A DNA stretch of 34,185 nucleotides, counting the filler, from an uncultured Methanosarcinales archaeon (lineage in GTDB: Archaea > Nanobdellota > Nanobdellia > Woesearchaeales > CALCXY01), in NCBI GenBank assembly GCA_964385185.1. It is 17 parts of 17 records of this genome, joined end to end, with 100 filler letters (N's around TTAATTAATTAA, not from the genome) between each part and the next. Parts side by side here need not be neighbours in the genome. Positions count along the whole stretch, not along the records: positions 7,469 to 9,771 come from CAYLOA010000071.1; positions 9,872 to 12,054 come from CAYLOA010000072.1; positions 12,155 to 14,282 come from CAYLOA010000073.1; positions 14,383 to 16,494 come from CAYLOA010000074.1; positions 16,595 to 18,544 come from CAYLOA010000076.1; 12 more parts are not named here. One strand, written 5' to 3'. A program made the translations under genes and the position numbers. Positions 7,469 through 16,808 of the stretch are shown here, in pieces; positions within the stretch are counted from its first letter, which is position 1, and each line of letters begins with the position of its first letter. The notes beneath the pieces were generated by a model that saw only the letters and a program-made list of their open reading frames with translations, had not been told where the DNA came from and made no database searches.

Positions 7469-7558
7469 AATTTTTCCTGTTAAGAATAATGCAAATGCTA
7501 GGACTGCAATGGCAATGACCATGGCGAGCAACCAGAATTGTACTCCTCCTTTTTTCAT
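7469..7558 (-). CDS. Class III signal peptide (prepilin-like) protein, 3'-partial, not in the ORF track
   Basis: MKKG|GVQFWLLAMVIAIAVLAFALFLTGKI; ATGA overlap with the upstream gene. Confidence 0.75.
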
Positions 7559-7845
7559 TCGAATCCTATCTCCTTTTTAGGTATACAACAAGGACCTGAT
7601 TTTGATTTATCATCTTTTGGGTCTTTACAGCCTTGTGCTCTTACTTTGAGGGTGTCTGCACCGCAAACCTTCTTAGTTAAGTCTATTTCGCAGGTTCCTC
7701 CTTGTCCTTGGCATGTTTGTGCTTGGTTAAATACACTAAATCTTCCTGTGAATGCTGCTGTGATTAACAGCAAAATTATTAGCCCTATCACTATATAGAT
7801 AATCATGTGTACTGACATTTGAGCTATCCTATTGGTACGCAACAT
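7555..7845 (-). CDS. Small pilin-like protein with Cys-rich C-terminus
   Basis: RIA|QMSVHMIIYIVIGLIILLLI, then C-x4-GxC...C...C...CC. Confidence 0.75.
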   Translation of the reverse strand: MLRTNRIAQMSVHMIIYIVIGLIILLLITAAFTGRFSVFNQAQTCQGQGGTCEIDLTKKVCGADTLKVRAQGCKDPKDDKSKSGPCCIPKKEIGFE

Positions 7846-8072
7846 TTTTGATTGGATCCTGTGTCTTTTGCTAATCTTGATATGGGCGTTGCTTCAGGAC
7901 ACTTTTCATTAGTAGCTTGATTAGTTCCACCCATTTCGCCACATTTTTGATCAAGAGATTTATCAAATATTTTTGCTTTTCCGCCAAATATCATAAGCAT
8001 AATTACTAAAGCAATAATCCCTATTCCTATCCAAATCATAAGATCTACAGAGATAGCGCCCCTTTTTGACAT
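7824..8072 (-). CDS. Small pilin-like protein with Cys-rich C-terminus
   Basis: MSKRG|AISVDLMIWIGIGIIALVIML, ending KCCVP; looks paralogous to 7555-7845. Confidence 0.78.
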   Translation of the reverse strand: MSKRGAISVDLMIWIGIGIIALVIMLMIFGGKAKIFDKSLDQKCGEMGGTNQATNEKCPEATPISRLAKDTGSNQKCCVPIG

Positions 8073-8118
8073 TGTAGTGTAATCAGAGAGAAGGGTATTT
8101 AAAGTTTATGTTAGGTCG

Positions 8119-8553
8119 CTATATATTTAAATTATCTGCTTCAGTTTTATGTTGCGGGTCACTTATCGTTCCAGTTGTAGTTTCTACTGCCTTGATTGCT
8201 GCAAGATAATCTTCTGCGTCTAATCTAACCTTTATTTCAACAACACTCTCGTATGCTCGAAATGATTTTCTGATCTCTATTTTTGAGTCTTTTTTCAATT
8301 TCTTTTCCTTTTCCTCTAGGCAGTCTGATAGTTCATTAATTAATGATGTAGCTTGAGATGGAAGAAATCTTCTAAAAGAAGTGTCTATCTCTTCAACTAC
8401 TTTGTCTTCGTTGCAGATAGAGCCTATGCCTAGGGTGTCTTTTAGTTCGTTTCCTCCTGAATAGAGTTTGGATGCGAAGAACCAGATTAGTAAGAATATT
8501 CCTAAAATAGATAGTGCGACCAATACTGTTCGTTGAATCTGTCCTTTTTTCAT
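8119..8553 (-). CDS. Class III signal peptide protein (start revised to ATG 8553)
   Basis: MKKG|QIQRTVLVALSILGIFLLIWFF; ATGA overlap with the stop of 8550-8681. Confidence 0.72.
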   Translation of the reverse strand: MKKGQIQRTVLVALSILGIFLLIWFFASKLYSGGNELKDTLGIGSICNEDKVVEEIDTSFRRFLPSQATSLINELSDCLEEKEKKLKKDSKIEIRKSFRAYESVVEIKVRLDAEDYLAAIKAVETTTGTISDPQHKTEADNLNI

Positions 8554-8681
8554 CGTCCAAAAATACTTGAGATACTCTGACCCAAAATTAGATCCTTGAA
8601 TAATACTGCTAAAATTATGAGTAGTACAATCCCTGCGAAAATAAGGAGTGTTTGCCAACTAATTGTTCCTTTTTTAACCAT
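8550..8681 (-). CDS. 43-aa minimal pilin-like protein, not in the ORF track
   Basis: MVKKG|TISWQTLLIFAGIVLLIILAVLFKDLILGQSISSIFGR*; TATA-like TATAAATA about 25 nt upstream; stop overlaps the next ATG. Confidence 0.72.
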   Translation of the reverse strand: MVKKGTISWQTLLIFAGIVLLIILAVLFKDLILGQSISSIFGR

Positions 8682-8716
8682 ACTAGCATAACAGCTTCAA
8701 GATTATTTATACTTTG

Positions 8717-9604
8717 CTATTTTATAAGATTGCATCCCACTGAAGCAAGCTGTTCGGGTGTGAAATCTATGAATAAAGTCATTGCCAGATATTCTGGTTT
8801 AGCAGTGGAAGTAAAGTCGATAATTCCATGAGTTACGACACTTACAAACGTAACAAATCCTGCAACACCTGCTGCAACCCAACCTACAGGTGTGGTTGCA
8901 ATTAGTATTACTGCTACTGTTGTCCCTGCAACAGATCCTAATACTCCAGAGCCTATAAGCGTATTTTCAGTTCCTCCAGACAATCCTTTCCGGAATTCAT
9001 CGATAGCTCTTTCTCCTCGTGCATAGGCAAACAATATTGCGTATTCTTTGTCTCCTGAGATTTCTTTTTCAATATTGTTGTCTTTCTTGTTATAGAGCTT
9101 TTTGTCATTAATTAGACTCTGAAATTGAGGTGTTTCCACATTAGCTAGATAATCCATATAGGTGAGTGAGCTTTTTCTTGGTTTATTTGTGGAAAGATAC
9201 TCTGTAAATTCTCCAATTGTTTTGCCTTGATTCTTATCATCGAAAGCGATATGGGTACAGATATTGCAGTAAGTTCCTTCATTTGAGAATAGTTCCTTTT
9301 CGCCTCGTCCGAACTTTTGCCAACAATCCTTCATCTCTTCTGCTAATTCATGCTTAATTGCTTCTGAATTCTTCTCGATATTTTCTTCGTAAAATATTTC
9401 TTTAGTTTTGCATCTAAGAGGGATATCTCCTCCACTTAATTTAGAAAGTAGTGAGCTTAATTCAATGCTTGTAACACAGTCATAGCCTTTTGTATCTTTG
9501 TCTAGGACTTCTTCTGCTTCGCTTTGTGTGATTAGTATAAGTGTCAATATTATTAATCCCAGGATAAGTCCTACAAAAATCAGATTGGCTTGTCCTTTTT
9601 TCAT
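8717..9604 (-). CDS. Class III signal peptide protein with Cys-containing domain and late hydrophobic hairpin (start revised to ATG 9604)
   Basis: MKKG|QANLIFVGLILGLIILTLILI; LAEEMKDCWQKFGRGE and YCNICTHI; Gly-rich TPVGWVAAGVAG segment. Confidence 0.75.
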   Translation of the reverse strand: MKKGQANLIFVGLILGLIILTLILITQSEAEEVLDKDTKGYDCVTSIELSSLLSKLSGGDIPLRCKTKEIFYEENIEKNSEAIKHELAEEMKDCWQKFGRGEKELFSNEGTYCNICTHIAFDDKNQGKTIGEFTEYLSTNKPRKSSLTYMDYLANVETPQFQSLINDKKLYNKKDNNIEKEISGDKEYAILFAYARGERAIDEFRKGLSGGTENTLIGSGVLGSVAGTTVAVILIATTPVGWVAAGVAGFVTFVSVVTHGIIDFTSTAKPEYLAMTLFIDFTPEQLASVGCNLIK

Positions 9605-9873
9605 ATTTTTGGTGCTTGATTTATCCATTTTGTGCACTGTGGTAGTGATCCTATGGGTTGTATATGGACAAATGCTATATCATCTATTCCACTGATTTCT
9701 CTACCAGCTCTCCAAGAATTAACAAAATCTGGTAAAATGTTACTGTAAATGAATTTGTCTAGAGCGTTGGTNNNNNNNNNNNNNNNNNNNNNNNNNNNNN
9801 NNNNNNNNNNNNNNNTTAATTAATTAANNNNNNNNNNNNNNNNNNNNNNNNNNNNNNNNNNNNNNNNNNNNGC

Positions 9874-9993
9874 TGTAAGTTCTGTCCCCATAAATGCACG
9901 TTGGCCTGGAATGCAAGCTCCCAACAGTAATCCTAAAACTATCAAGATCGTTAACTTTGGGAAATATCGGCTAATGTTGAATGTAGTTTGCAA
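9874..9993 (-). CDS. Start of a lipoprotein, probably SCO/SenC family (3'-partial)
   Basis: TTG start 5 nt after the ctaAB stop; lipobox LLGA|C followed by FMGTELT. The family call is from context. Confidence 0.5.
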
Positions 9994-9998
9994 ATTGA

Positions 9999-11807
9999 TT
10001 AAAAAGTAACTGTTGCGTCAACCATCATAGATGTGAACAGTAAAGCTAGATAGAGCAGTGAATAAAGGTATAATCGGCGCGCACTTTGTCTCGTTGTTGC
10101 CCTAAATACTTGTATTGCGTAAAAGAGAAAGATCGCCCCGAGCATGACAGCACTAGCGGCGTAAATCACGCCTATTACGCTTGTCGTTGCAAATAATATT
10201 GTTAATGTAACCAGGATTATGGAATGGCCCAATATTCCTTTAGCTGTTGCTTCTTCCCCGTATTCAACTGGGAGCATAGGAATCCCAGCTTTAGCATAGT
10301 CGTCCTTGATAAGTAGAGATAATGCCCAAAAATGTGGCGGTGTCCAAAAAAATACTATTCCGAATAGATAGAGGGATGGAAGTTCCAGTCCACCTGTTAT
10401 GGCAGCCCATCCGACCATAGGAGGCACAGCCCCGGCGGCGCCGCCTATCACTATGTTGTGTATGGAAGTTCTCTTTAACCAGGCTGTGTAAACGAGGACG
10501 TAAAAGATAGTTGCTCCGGCAACCAATGCGGCGCTTACAGGATTAACCCAGTAGAAAAGTACAATGAACGCAATTACATTTAGCGTTATGCCGAAATAGA
10601 GGGCATGATTTGGGGCAATGCGATTGCCAGGCAGAGGCCTATGACTGGTTCGGCTCATCTTGTCATCTATATCACGATCCAAATAGTGATTTATCGCGTT
10701 AGCGCCTCCGGCTCCAAGTGAGCCACCGATTATTACAAGCAAGGTTGTTAGAAGCGGTGGCACTCCGTTGGAGGCTAAAAACAATCCGCCTAGGGCAGTA
10801 ATGAGCAAAAGGACAATAATCATCGGTTTGGTTAGTGCTAAGTAATCCATTGCCGCTGCTTTGAAATTCATGTTGAACGAATTGGGTTTCACCAATGTTG
10901 CCAATATCACAAGATTGCCCCATTGAGCTGTCGCCAATGTCAAATGTGAAATACGCGACAAGGAAGAGAATCCGGTTAGAGGATTGGCGGCTCCAACTAT
11001 GACTTGGGATAATGAAATGGCGACCAAAAATGCCCCTGCGAGTCCAGTAAGCATCGACCGGCTCCGTTGTGACCAGGCAATGAGCCCTACTCCTATTCCT
11101 ACCAAAGTCGAAATCCCGGCAAGCATTCTATGGGACAAATGTAGCCATTCAAGGGAGATATCTGGCACTAGTGAGTTATTACATAGAGGCCAACTTGGGC
11201 ATATGGTGCCTGCTCCTTGGCCTACAGTGATAGACCCTGAAATTATCACTATTATCGTGATCACTGCACCCAATGTAGCCAAAAAGAAGATTCTGGGAAC
11301 GGGCTGCTTCGAGTTTGTGGAATCATGGTAAGTCCAAATTATGCCCACGATAAGTAGGGCAAAAATGATTTGCGCTGTTGTAAGGTGCAGAGTTCGAAAA
11401 TGAGGGTTGAGTTCGGTGAATACAGTCGCGCCTCCTAAGCCACCTGCCACTATTATTAAAAGCACAGTTGCCCAAAGTATGTTTTTTATTGGCCTGACCG
11501 AAGGCCGTATGAATGTTGCGAACAGTGCCGTTCCAATTACGAAAATACCCGTTAGGGTTGCAAGTAGTCTGTGGAAGTACTCAACCAAGCTGTGAAAGTC
11601 GAGAGGCGGTACTATTTTCCCATAACATAACGGCCAGTCAGGGCATCCCAACCCGGATCCGGTAACTCGTACGAGTGCTCCCACGGCAATTAGGAAAAAA
11701 ACGGTGGTTGCACAAACGGTGATGAGAATCAGCAATGGCGTACCGTGAAGATTGCTGTGCAACCCTTTTGCAGGGCCAGTGATATTCTTGTTGGCCATAA
11801 CCTTCAA
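9999..11807 (-). CDS. ctaB: Heme A synthase (CtaA/COX15) fused to protoheme IX farnesyltransferase (CtaB/CyoE)
   Basis: N-half: GSGLGCPDWPLC, EYFHRL, CPSWPLC, HLSHR. C-half: LTKP, NHYLDRDIDDKMSRTSHRPLP, YTAWLKR, FFWTPPHFWAL, DDYAKAGIPMLP. The start may be ATG 11798. Confidence 0.95.
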   Translation of the reverse strand: MKVMANKNITGPAKGLHSNLHGTPLLILITVCATTVFFLIAVGALVRVTGSGLGCPDWPLCYGKIVPPLDFHSLVEYFHRLLATLTGIFVIGTALFATFIRPSVRPIKNILWATVLLIIVAGGLGGATVFTELNPHFRTLHLTTAQIIFALLIVGIIWTYHDSTNSKQPVPRIFFLATLGAVITIIVIISGSITVGQGAGTICPSWPLCNNSLVPDISLEWLHLSHRMLAGISTLVGIGVGLIAWSQRSRSMLTGLAGAFLVAISLSQVIVGAANPLTGFSSLSRISHLTLATAQWGNLVILATLVKPNSFNMNFKAAAMDYLALTKPMIIVLLLITALGGLFLASNGVPPLLTTLLVIIGGSLGAGGANAINHYLDRDIDDKMSRTSHRPLPGNRIAPNHALYFGITLNVIAFIVLFYWVNPVSAALVAGATIFYVLVYTAWLKRTSIHNIVIGGAAGAVPPMVGWAAITGGLELPSLYLFGIVFFWTPPHFWALSLLIKDDYAKAGIPMLPVEYGEEATAKGILGHSIILVTLTILFATTSVIGVIYAASAVMLGAIFLFYAIQVFRATTRQSARRLYLYSLLYLALLFTSMMVDATVTF

Positions 11808-11921
11808 TATACGTTACTCAGGGGCAGATCTAGAAGGAATCTTACCTATGTTACTGGAATCTGGCAACAATATGGTATTCGGAGAGGTTACATTCTCAAC
11901 TGGCGTTTTGCCAAAATATTG

Positions 11922-11950
11922 TTGACTCTGGTTTGCTAAATTGGTATTCT
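11922..11950 (+). promoter_or_regulatory. Bacterial sigma70-type promoter for a divergent gene starting near 12014
   Basis: TTGACT-N17-TATTCT with TG just upstream of the -10 box. Confidence 0.55.
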
Positions 11951-12155
11951 TGCACCAGTTTGTGAGTTGCGGCATTTTTCACAAAAGGCGCCTCGGGAGC
12001 TTAAAAGAGAAAAATGGGAATCAATAAATCTATACTCCATAACTTGGCCAAACTNNNNNNNNNNNNNNNNNNNNNNNNNNNNNNNNNNNNNNNNNNNNTT
12101 AATTAATTAANNNNNNNNNNNNNNNNNNNNNNNNNNNNNNNNNNNNNNNNNNNNG

Positions 12156-12341
12156 AAAGTTTTCGGAGCTATTGCATCTGGAAAGGGTAAAAAACTTGCT
12201 AAATCACTTGATTTTGATCCTGTATTACAAGGTCATATTAAACGGGCAAATGATGCAGCAGTAGATGTGAGAAAACACGTTAATATAAATCGTAAAAAAG
12301 ATCCAGACTTAGATGATTATCTAAAAAAACGGGGTCTTTAA
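12156..12341 (+). CDS. Small phage protein upstream of the tape-measure gene (5'-partial), not in the ORF track
   Basis: KVFGAIASGKGKKLAKSLDFDPVLQGHIKRANDAAVDVRKHV aligns by eye with the 66-aa ORFs at 32281 and 33905. Confidence 0.65.
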   Translation, partial: KVFGAIASGKGKKLAKSLDFDPVLQGHIKRANDAAVDVRKHVNINRKKDPDLDDYLKKRGL

Positions 12342-12371
12342 TCTTAAATAAAACAAACTAAGGTATATTAC

Positions 12372-14282
12372 ATGGCCTTAACAAATGCACAATTAAAAGA
12401 AAGAAAAAGTCTTTTAGAAGATATTGAAAAAAGTGAGCTAAAAATTGCTGGTCATACGGCAGTAATCGAAAAGGGTACAGGTTTAACTAATGATCAATTA
12501 AGGAAGATAGCAACGAACCGAGAAAAAGCTACCCAAGAATTAAAGAGGCAGAGAAAAGAATTATCAGACATTCAAAAAGAAGAAGATAAAATTAATGCTA
12601 AATTGGAAAGACGAAAGCAGATTACTAAAGAGTATGGTGGAATAGAACAAGATATAATGGATTCAATAAAATCTCAACCCAAATTTTTACAAAAAATAGA
12701 TATCGCCCGAGAAGGTATTCTTGAAAATCTTCAAAAAGCTGAAAAATTAGAAGCTAAAGGTTCAGCAAACATGACTCGCCGTGAGAAAAAAGAATTATCA
12801 ATGAGGAATTCCATCTCTGATTCAATTCAAGGTATTTTAGATAATTCTGCAAATATAGCTTCAGAAGAATTTACATCATATAATTTACAGAAACAAATTA
12901 ATTGGGCAAGAGCGAATGAACAGAAGGGTCTTGTAGCACAATTAGAGAATATGCAAGAAATGCAAGAATCCCAAAAACATATGAATGATATTGCAATGGA
13001 AGGTGCTAATCTTATGAGGGCCCCGATAGATAAGTTAAGAGAAGTTATAGAAAGTGCACCTGGTGGAAAATTTTTGAGTAAATTATTGGGATTGGAAACT
13101 TTAGGAGATAAAATTTCAGCATCTTTTTTGACTGGGTTTAGAAAAATGATAGGATTAGAAGATAAGTTACCAGGAGCAGAAGAAGCACCAGAAAAAGTAA
13201 TGGGTTCTAAAGGTAGAATGGTTACGGAAGGTGGAAAGGCACATAAAAGAGATGTAAAAAACAAATGGTTTGACTCAAAAGAATACAAAGAAATGGAAGA
13301 ATCACAAGAAGATGCTGCCGAATCTGCAGAAGATCAGGCAGAAGCCGCAGAGGATACTAAAGATGCAACTGAAGGAGCAGGAAAGGCAATGATAAACGTA
13401 ACCACATCGGCTATTGCAATATTAGCAGCAATAATTGCTTGGACAGTTGAAACTGTGAGATTTTCTATGCAATTAGGAGTTGCACGTGGAGAACTAAGTG
13501 CAATAGCAGTATTATTTAAGGAACAAACTAAAGCAGCACTTACAGAATTTGGTAGTATGCGAGGGGTAAGTGATTCATTATTGGCCAATATGTGGCTGAT
13601 GGAAAAGACACTTGGTGCTCAAGCAGCAGATATAGCAAAAATCTTGGTTTTACAGACATCTATTACAGATCAAACAAGAGATATGGCATTAAAAGAACAG
13701 TATAAATGGATAGAAAGTATTCAAAATGAAGGACTTTCTGTAAAAGATGTTTTCGCAGATATGGCACAAAACGCCGATTTTGTGGCAATTCATATGAAAC
13801 ACGGTGTTAAAAATATGGTAGATGCCACAAGAGCAGCACATCAGATGGGATTGAGTTTAAGTGAAACAGCGTCAATTGCAAATAAATTACTTGATTGGGA
13901 AACTTCTATAAAAGATGAAATGGAATTGTCATTACTATTAAATCGAGATATAAATTTTGATAAAGCAAGAGGTCTTGTATTGGCTGGAAAAACCACTGAA
14001 GCGGCAGCGGAAGTTAAAAGACAGATGGGTGGTGAAGCAGCATTTACAGCAGCGGGAATAATTGCAAGACAAAAGATGGGAGAAGCGATAGGACTTCAAG
14101 GTAAGGCCTTAGCAGAATTTATGCAGACAGACCAACAAAGAGTCGAAGCCCAGAAACAGGCAACAGAAGACCAAGCAAAAGCAGATGAAGCAGCGGCCGC
14201 AGAAAAGGCAAAAATGTGGGGTTTGATTGGAATGGCAGCAGGAGCCGTAGTTGTAGCGATAGGTGCTGGATTAGCAGCCGCA
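12372..14282 (+). CDS. Phage tail tape-measure-like protein (3'-partial)
   Basis: Long Ala/Glu/Lys/Met-rich helical protein with hydrophobic Gly/Ala stretches. LLDWETSIKDEMELSLLLNRDINFDKAR resembles motifs I recall from large-phage tape measures. Confidence 0.7.
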
Positions 14283-14382
14283 NNNNNNNNNNNNNNNNNN
14301 NNNNNNNNNNNNNNNNNNNNNNNNNNTTAATTAATTAANNNNNNNNNNNNNNNNNNNNNNNNNNNNNNNNNNNNNNNNNNNN

Positions 14383-14811
14383 GCAAAGAAAGTTGATCCA
14401 GTTTTAGCAGGGAAATGGATTAGAAGAGAACTCAACAGAGTCTTAAACTATAACCAGAAATCATTAAAAGAAATTTCTCTAGATGAGCCAAACTTCATAA
14501 AACTCCTAACATTAATAGAAAAGAAAACCATAACAGAATCAACAGCTCAAAAACTTCTAGAAACATTCATAACTTCTCCATTCGACCCAGAAGTCTACGT
14601 AAAAGAACAAGGTTTAGAAGCTGTCTCAGATTCATCTCAAATTGAAGAATTCGCAGAAGAAGCAGTAAAAGAAAACCCTGAAGCGGTAGCAGACTACAAA
14701 TCAGGAAATGAAAAAGCCATACACTTCATTGTGGGCCAAGTAATGAGAAAATCCAAAGGCCAAGCCACACCAGCTGAAGTGAATGATATTCTGAAGAAAT
14801 TGCTAACCTAA
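14383..14811 (+). CDS. gatB: Asp/Glu-tRNA amidotransferase subunit B, C-terminal YqeY-like domain (5'-partial), not in the ORF track
   Basis: KWIRRELNRVLNY...GLEAVSD...ENPEAVADYKSGNEKAIHFIVGQVMRKSKGQATP. Confidence 0.9.
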   Translation, partial: AKKVDPVLAGKWIRRELNRVLNYNQKSLKEISLDEPNFIKLLTLIEKKTITESTAQKLLETFITSPFDPEVYVKEQGLEAVSDSSQIEEFAEEAVKENPEAVADYKSGNEKAIHFIVGQVMRKSKGQATPAEVNDILKKLLT

Positions 14812-15279
14812 ATCTGCAATCAGCCTTTCTGCCTCAGCATAAATTTCAGTTGAAAGATACATACCTTTCCTGAGGAGCTCCTGCAATAGTTCAATGCCTT
14901 CTTTACCTGTGCACTTTTTCTTTTCTACATTCTGTAAGATGATCCCTACTGTTCCTTTTACAGGGATATCTTCAATTTCTGCTATAGTTCTTGCCTGTTC
15001 ATCATCTGTCAAGAGCATACCTTTCATTTCTTTTGCAAGAGAAATAGCATGCTGTTCACCTGTATCTAGAGGGAATGGAATAACCTTTTTCACTTCTTTT
15101 ACTTTGATAAATCGGTCAAGGAACTTCTTTATGTATATCTGTTCAGGACAATTCTTGAATAATAATTCTCTTTCCACCTCGGCAGGAATAAGGATCTCAG
15201 AGTAAAGATTCTCCAGGAGATCATATCTGAATATTTTTCCCAGGAGAATAAGGACAGTGGTATTGCTGATTATCTTCAT
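14803..15279 (-). CDS. PIN-domain toxin, DUF3368/COG2405 type
   Basis: IISNTTVLI, IPAEVERE, LDTGEQHAISLA, LLTDDEQAR, VKGTVGII. Confidence 0.85.
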   Translation of the reverse strand: MKIISNTTVLILLGKIFRYDLLENLYSEILIPAEVERELLFKNCPEQIYIKKFLDRFIKVKEVKKVIPFPLDTGEQHAISLAKEMKGMLLTDDEQARTIAEIEDIPVKGTVGIILQNVEKKKCTGKEGIELLQELLRKGMYLSTEIYAEAERLIADLG

Positions 15280-15572
15280 AGTGACTCAAAATCCTTTTTC
15301 AGCGATTCAAGGCTATAATTCAGAGGAACTTTCTTATCCTTCAACAACTGAGGTAATTCCCAGACAGAAATCTCTGCAAACTTTGAAGCCTGTCCAAAAG
15401 AAAACTTTCCTTGCCTATATTGCTCTACAGCATAGTTTTTTTTCCATTCTATCAAAGCAGTAGCTAATAATTTCCTTATTGCACCAGATTGATCCAAGTC
15501 TTCCTTGTCAGCAACAGTTTTCACACCAGCAATATACTTGTCTGGAAGTCTTGTGGTTATTATTTTTGTCAT
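15276..15572 (-). CDS. UPF0175/COG2886 antitoxin with RHH-like N-terminus
   Basis: IITTRL...DQSGAIRKLL and YRQGKFSFGQASKFAEIS; ATGA overlap with the PIN gene. Confidence 0.85.
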   Translation of the reverse strand: MTKIITTRLPDKYIAGVKTVADKEDLDQSGAIRKLLATALIEWKKNYAVEQYRQGKFSFGQASKFAEISVWELPQLLKDKKVPLNYSLESLKKDFESL

Positions 15573-15580
15573 AGAATACG

Positions 15581-15605
15581 TTGTAATACATTGTAATATA
15601 TAAGC
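15581..15605 (-). promoter_or_regulatory. TA promoter with tandem operator repeats
   Basis: TTGTAATA at 15581-15588 and 15591-15598 (10-bp period), next to TATA-like CTTATATA on the minus strand. Confidence 0.55.
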
Positions 15606-15613
15606 TTATCGGA

Positions 15614-16363
15614 TTAACCCCTAGCATACTCCCACATTTTATAAAAAAACTTTCTATAACTATCACTAATTGCAGAGCTATGAATCACAACAGCAACAGG
15701 CTCCTCCTCAAAACCAACCTGCAATACAAAGTCTCCAAATATAATTACACCCTGTGGAGCTATCCCTGGAACAAACCTATACATTGGCGTCCCAAACTTT
15801 CTATAATAACCATATTCTTCAACCTGTTTTCTAGCATCCTCATTAGCAATCAACTTCACCTTATACTTCATCTTAATCCGTTTCTTATGAAACTCTCGAA
15901 AAAATCTTCTAGCCTCCTTGCCAAATTGTTCCTCAAACCCTGCAGCAAAGCCAATATACTCAGATCCAACAGGAAGAGTTGTCAAAATAAAATTAAAAGC
16001 ATTATAGAGACCTTTCCAACCTGTAAAAACCTGAGCTTCCTGCCTGTCCTGCACCAATGTTTGCTTCGCAATCAACTGTGGAACAACCTTCTCCAACTTC
16101 TGTCGTTTATCGTCAACATAATCTAACAAATTCTGGGGATTGTGAGCACTAAACAACTTCCGTTTACCCTTCAACACATACCCAACCAACCCCTTTTCCA
16201 TGAGTTGATTCAAAGCATTATACACTACCGAGTTCTGCAACCCTGATTTACGAATTACCGGCCCAGAAGTAGTCTCTCCCAACTCCAACAAAGCCACATA
16301 GACCTTAATCTGACCCTTACTTAACCCAATATCCTCAAGAACACCCATCTCTACCATACACAT
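15614..16363 (-). CDS. TrmB family transcriptional regulator
   Basis: LEDIGLSKGQIKVYVALLELGETTSGPVIRKSGL...L.EKGLV wHTH plus C-terminal PLD-like effector domain. The start may be a few codons later. Confidence 0.88.
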   Translation of the reverse strand: MCMVEMGVLEDIGLSKGQIKVYVALLELGETTSGPVIRKSGLQNSVVYNALNQLMEKGLVGYVLKGKRKLFSAHNPQNLLDYVDDKRQKLEKVVPQLIAKQTLVQDRQEAQVFTGWKGLYNAFNFILTTLPVGSEYIGFAAGFEEQFGKEARRFFREFHKKRIKMKYKVKLIANEDARKQVEEYGYYRKFGTPMYRFVPGIAPQGVIIFGDFVLQVGFEEEPVAVVIHSSAISDSYRKFFYKMWEYARG

Positions 16364-16389
16364 TCAATCCCTTCAGAATATTTAAATCT

Positions 16390-16407
16390 TTCTCCTAAAA
16401 AGGAGAA
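16390..16407. promoter_or_regulatory. Palindromic candidate TrmB operator
   Basis: TTCTCCT-AAAA-AGGAGAA perfect inverted repeat abutting the BRE/TATA (GAAAGATTTAAATA, minus strand) of the trmB gene. Confidence 0.5.
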
Positions 16408-16808
16408 TAAAACAATAAATACTCTTCCTGATACTACTATACAATAACAAAGTCGTACTCGGACATGAAACGAGTGGTGGTGAAACAAATGAATNNNNNN
16501 NNNNNNNNNNNNNNNNNNNNNNNNNNNNNNNNNNNNNNTTAATTAATTAANNNNNNNNNNNNNNNNNNNNNNNNNNNNNNNNNNNNNNNNNNNNCGCAGA
16601 GTATTTTAATCACCGTAAATCGCATTGACACCGTAGTTTTCGCTAACATTAGTAGTATTAATTTTCTGCAAAGCAGACTATAGTTTAGGGGGAGTTCTTG
16701 AGCCGAAGGCTCTTTTAGTTTAGTACATTAAGGGGAGTTCCGTTTTATCTTTTGAGCGTAGCGTTACTTTGAAAACAAGAAGAAAGGGGCAATTTCTATT
16801 TCATTATT

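Noticed and set aside
8554..8658. N-terminal extension of ORF 8119-8658 from a TTG start
   Set aside because: This stretch encodes the 43-aa pilin-like gene in another frame; ATG 8553 gives a clean class III signal peptide.
9601..9771. Stop-codon reassignment suggested by an in-frame TAG near the end of contig 4
   Set aside because: It is a single case within about 13 nt of a contig edge, and TAG ends other genes normally on this contig.
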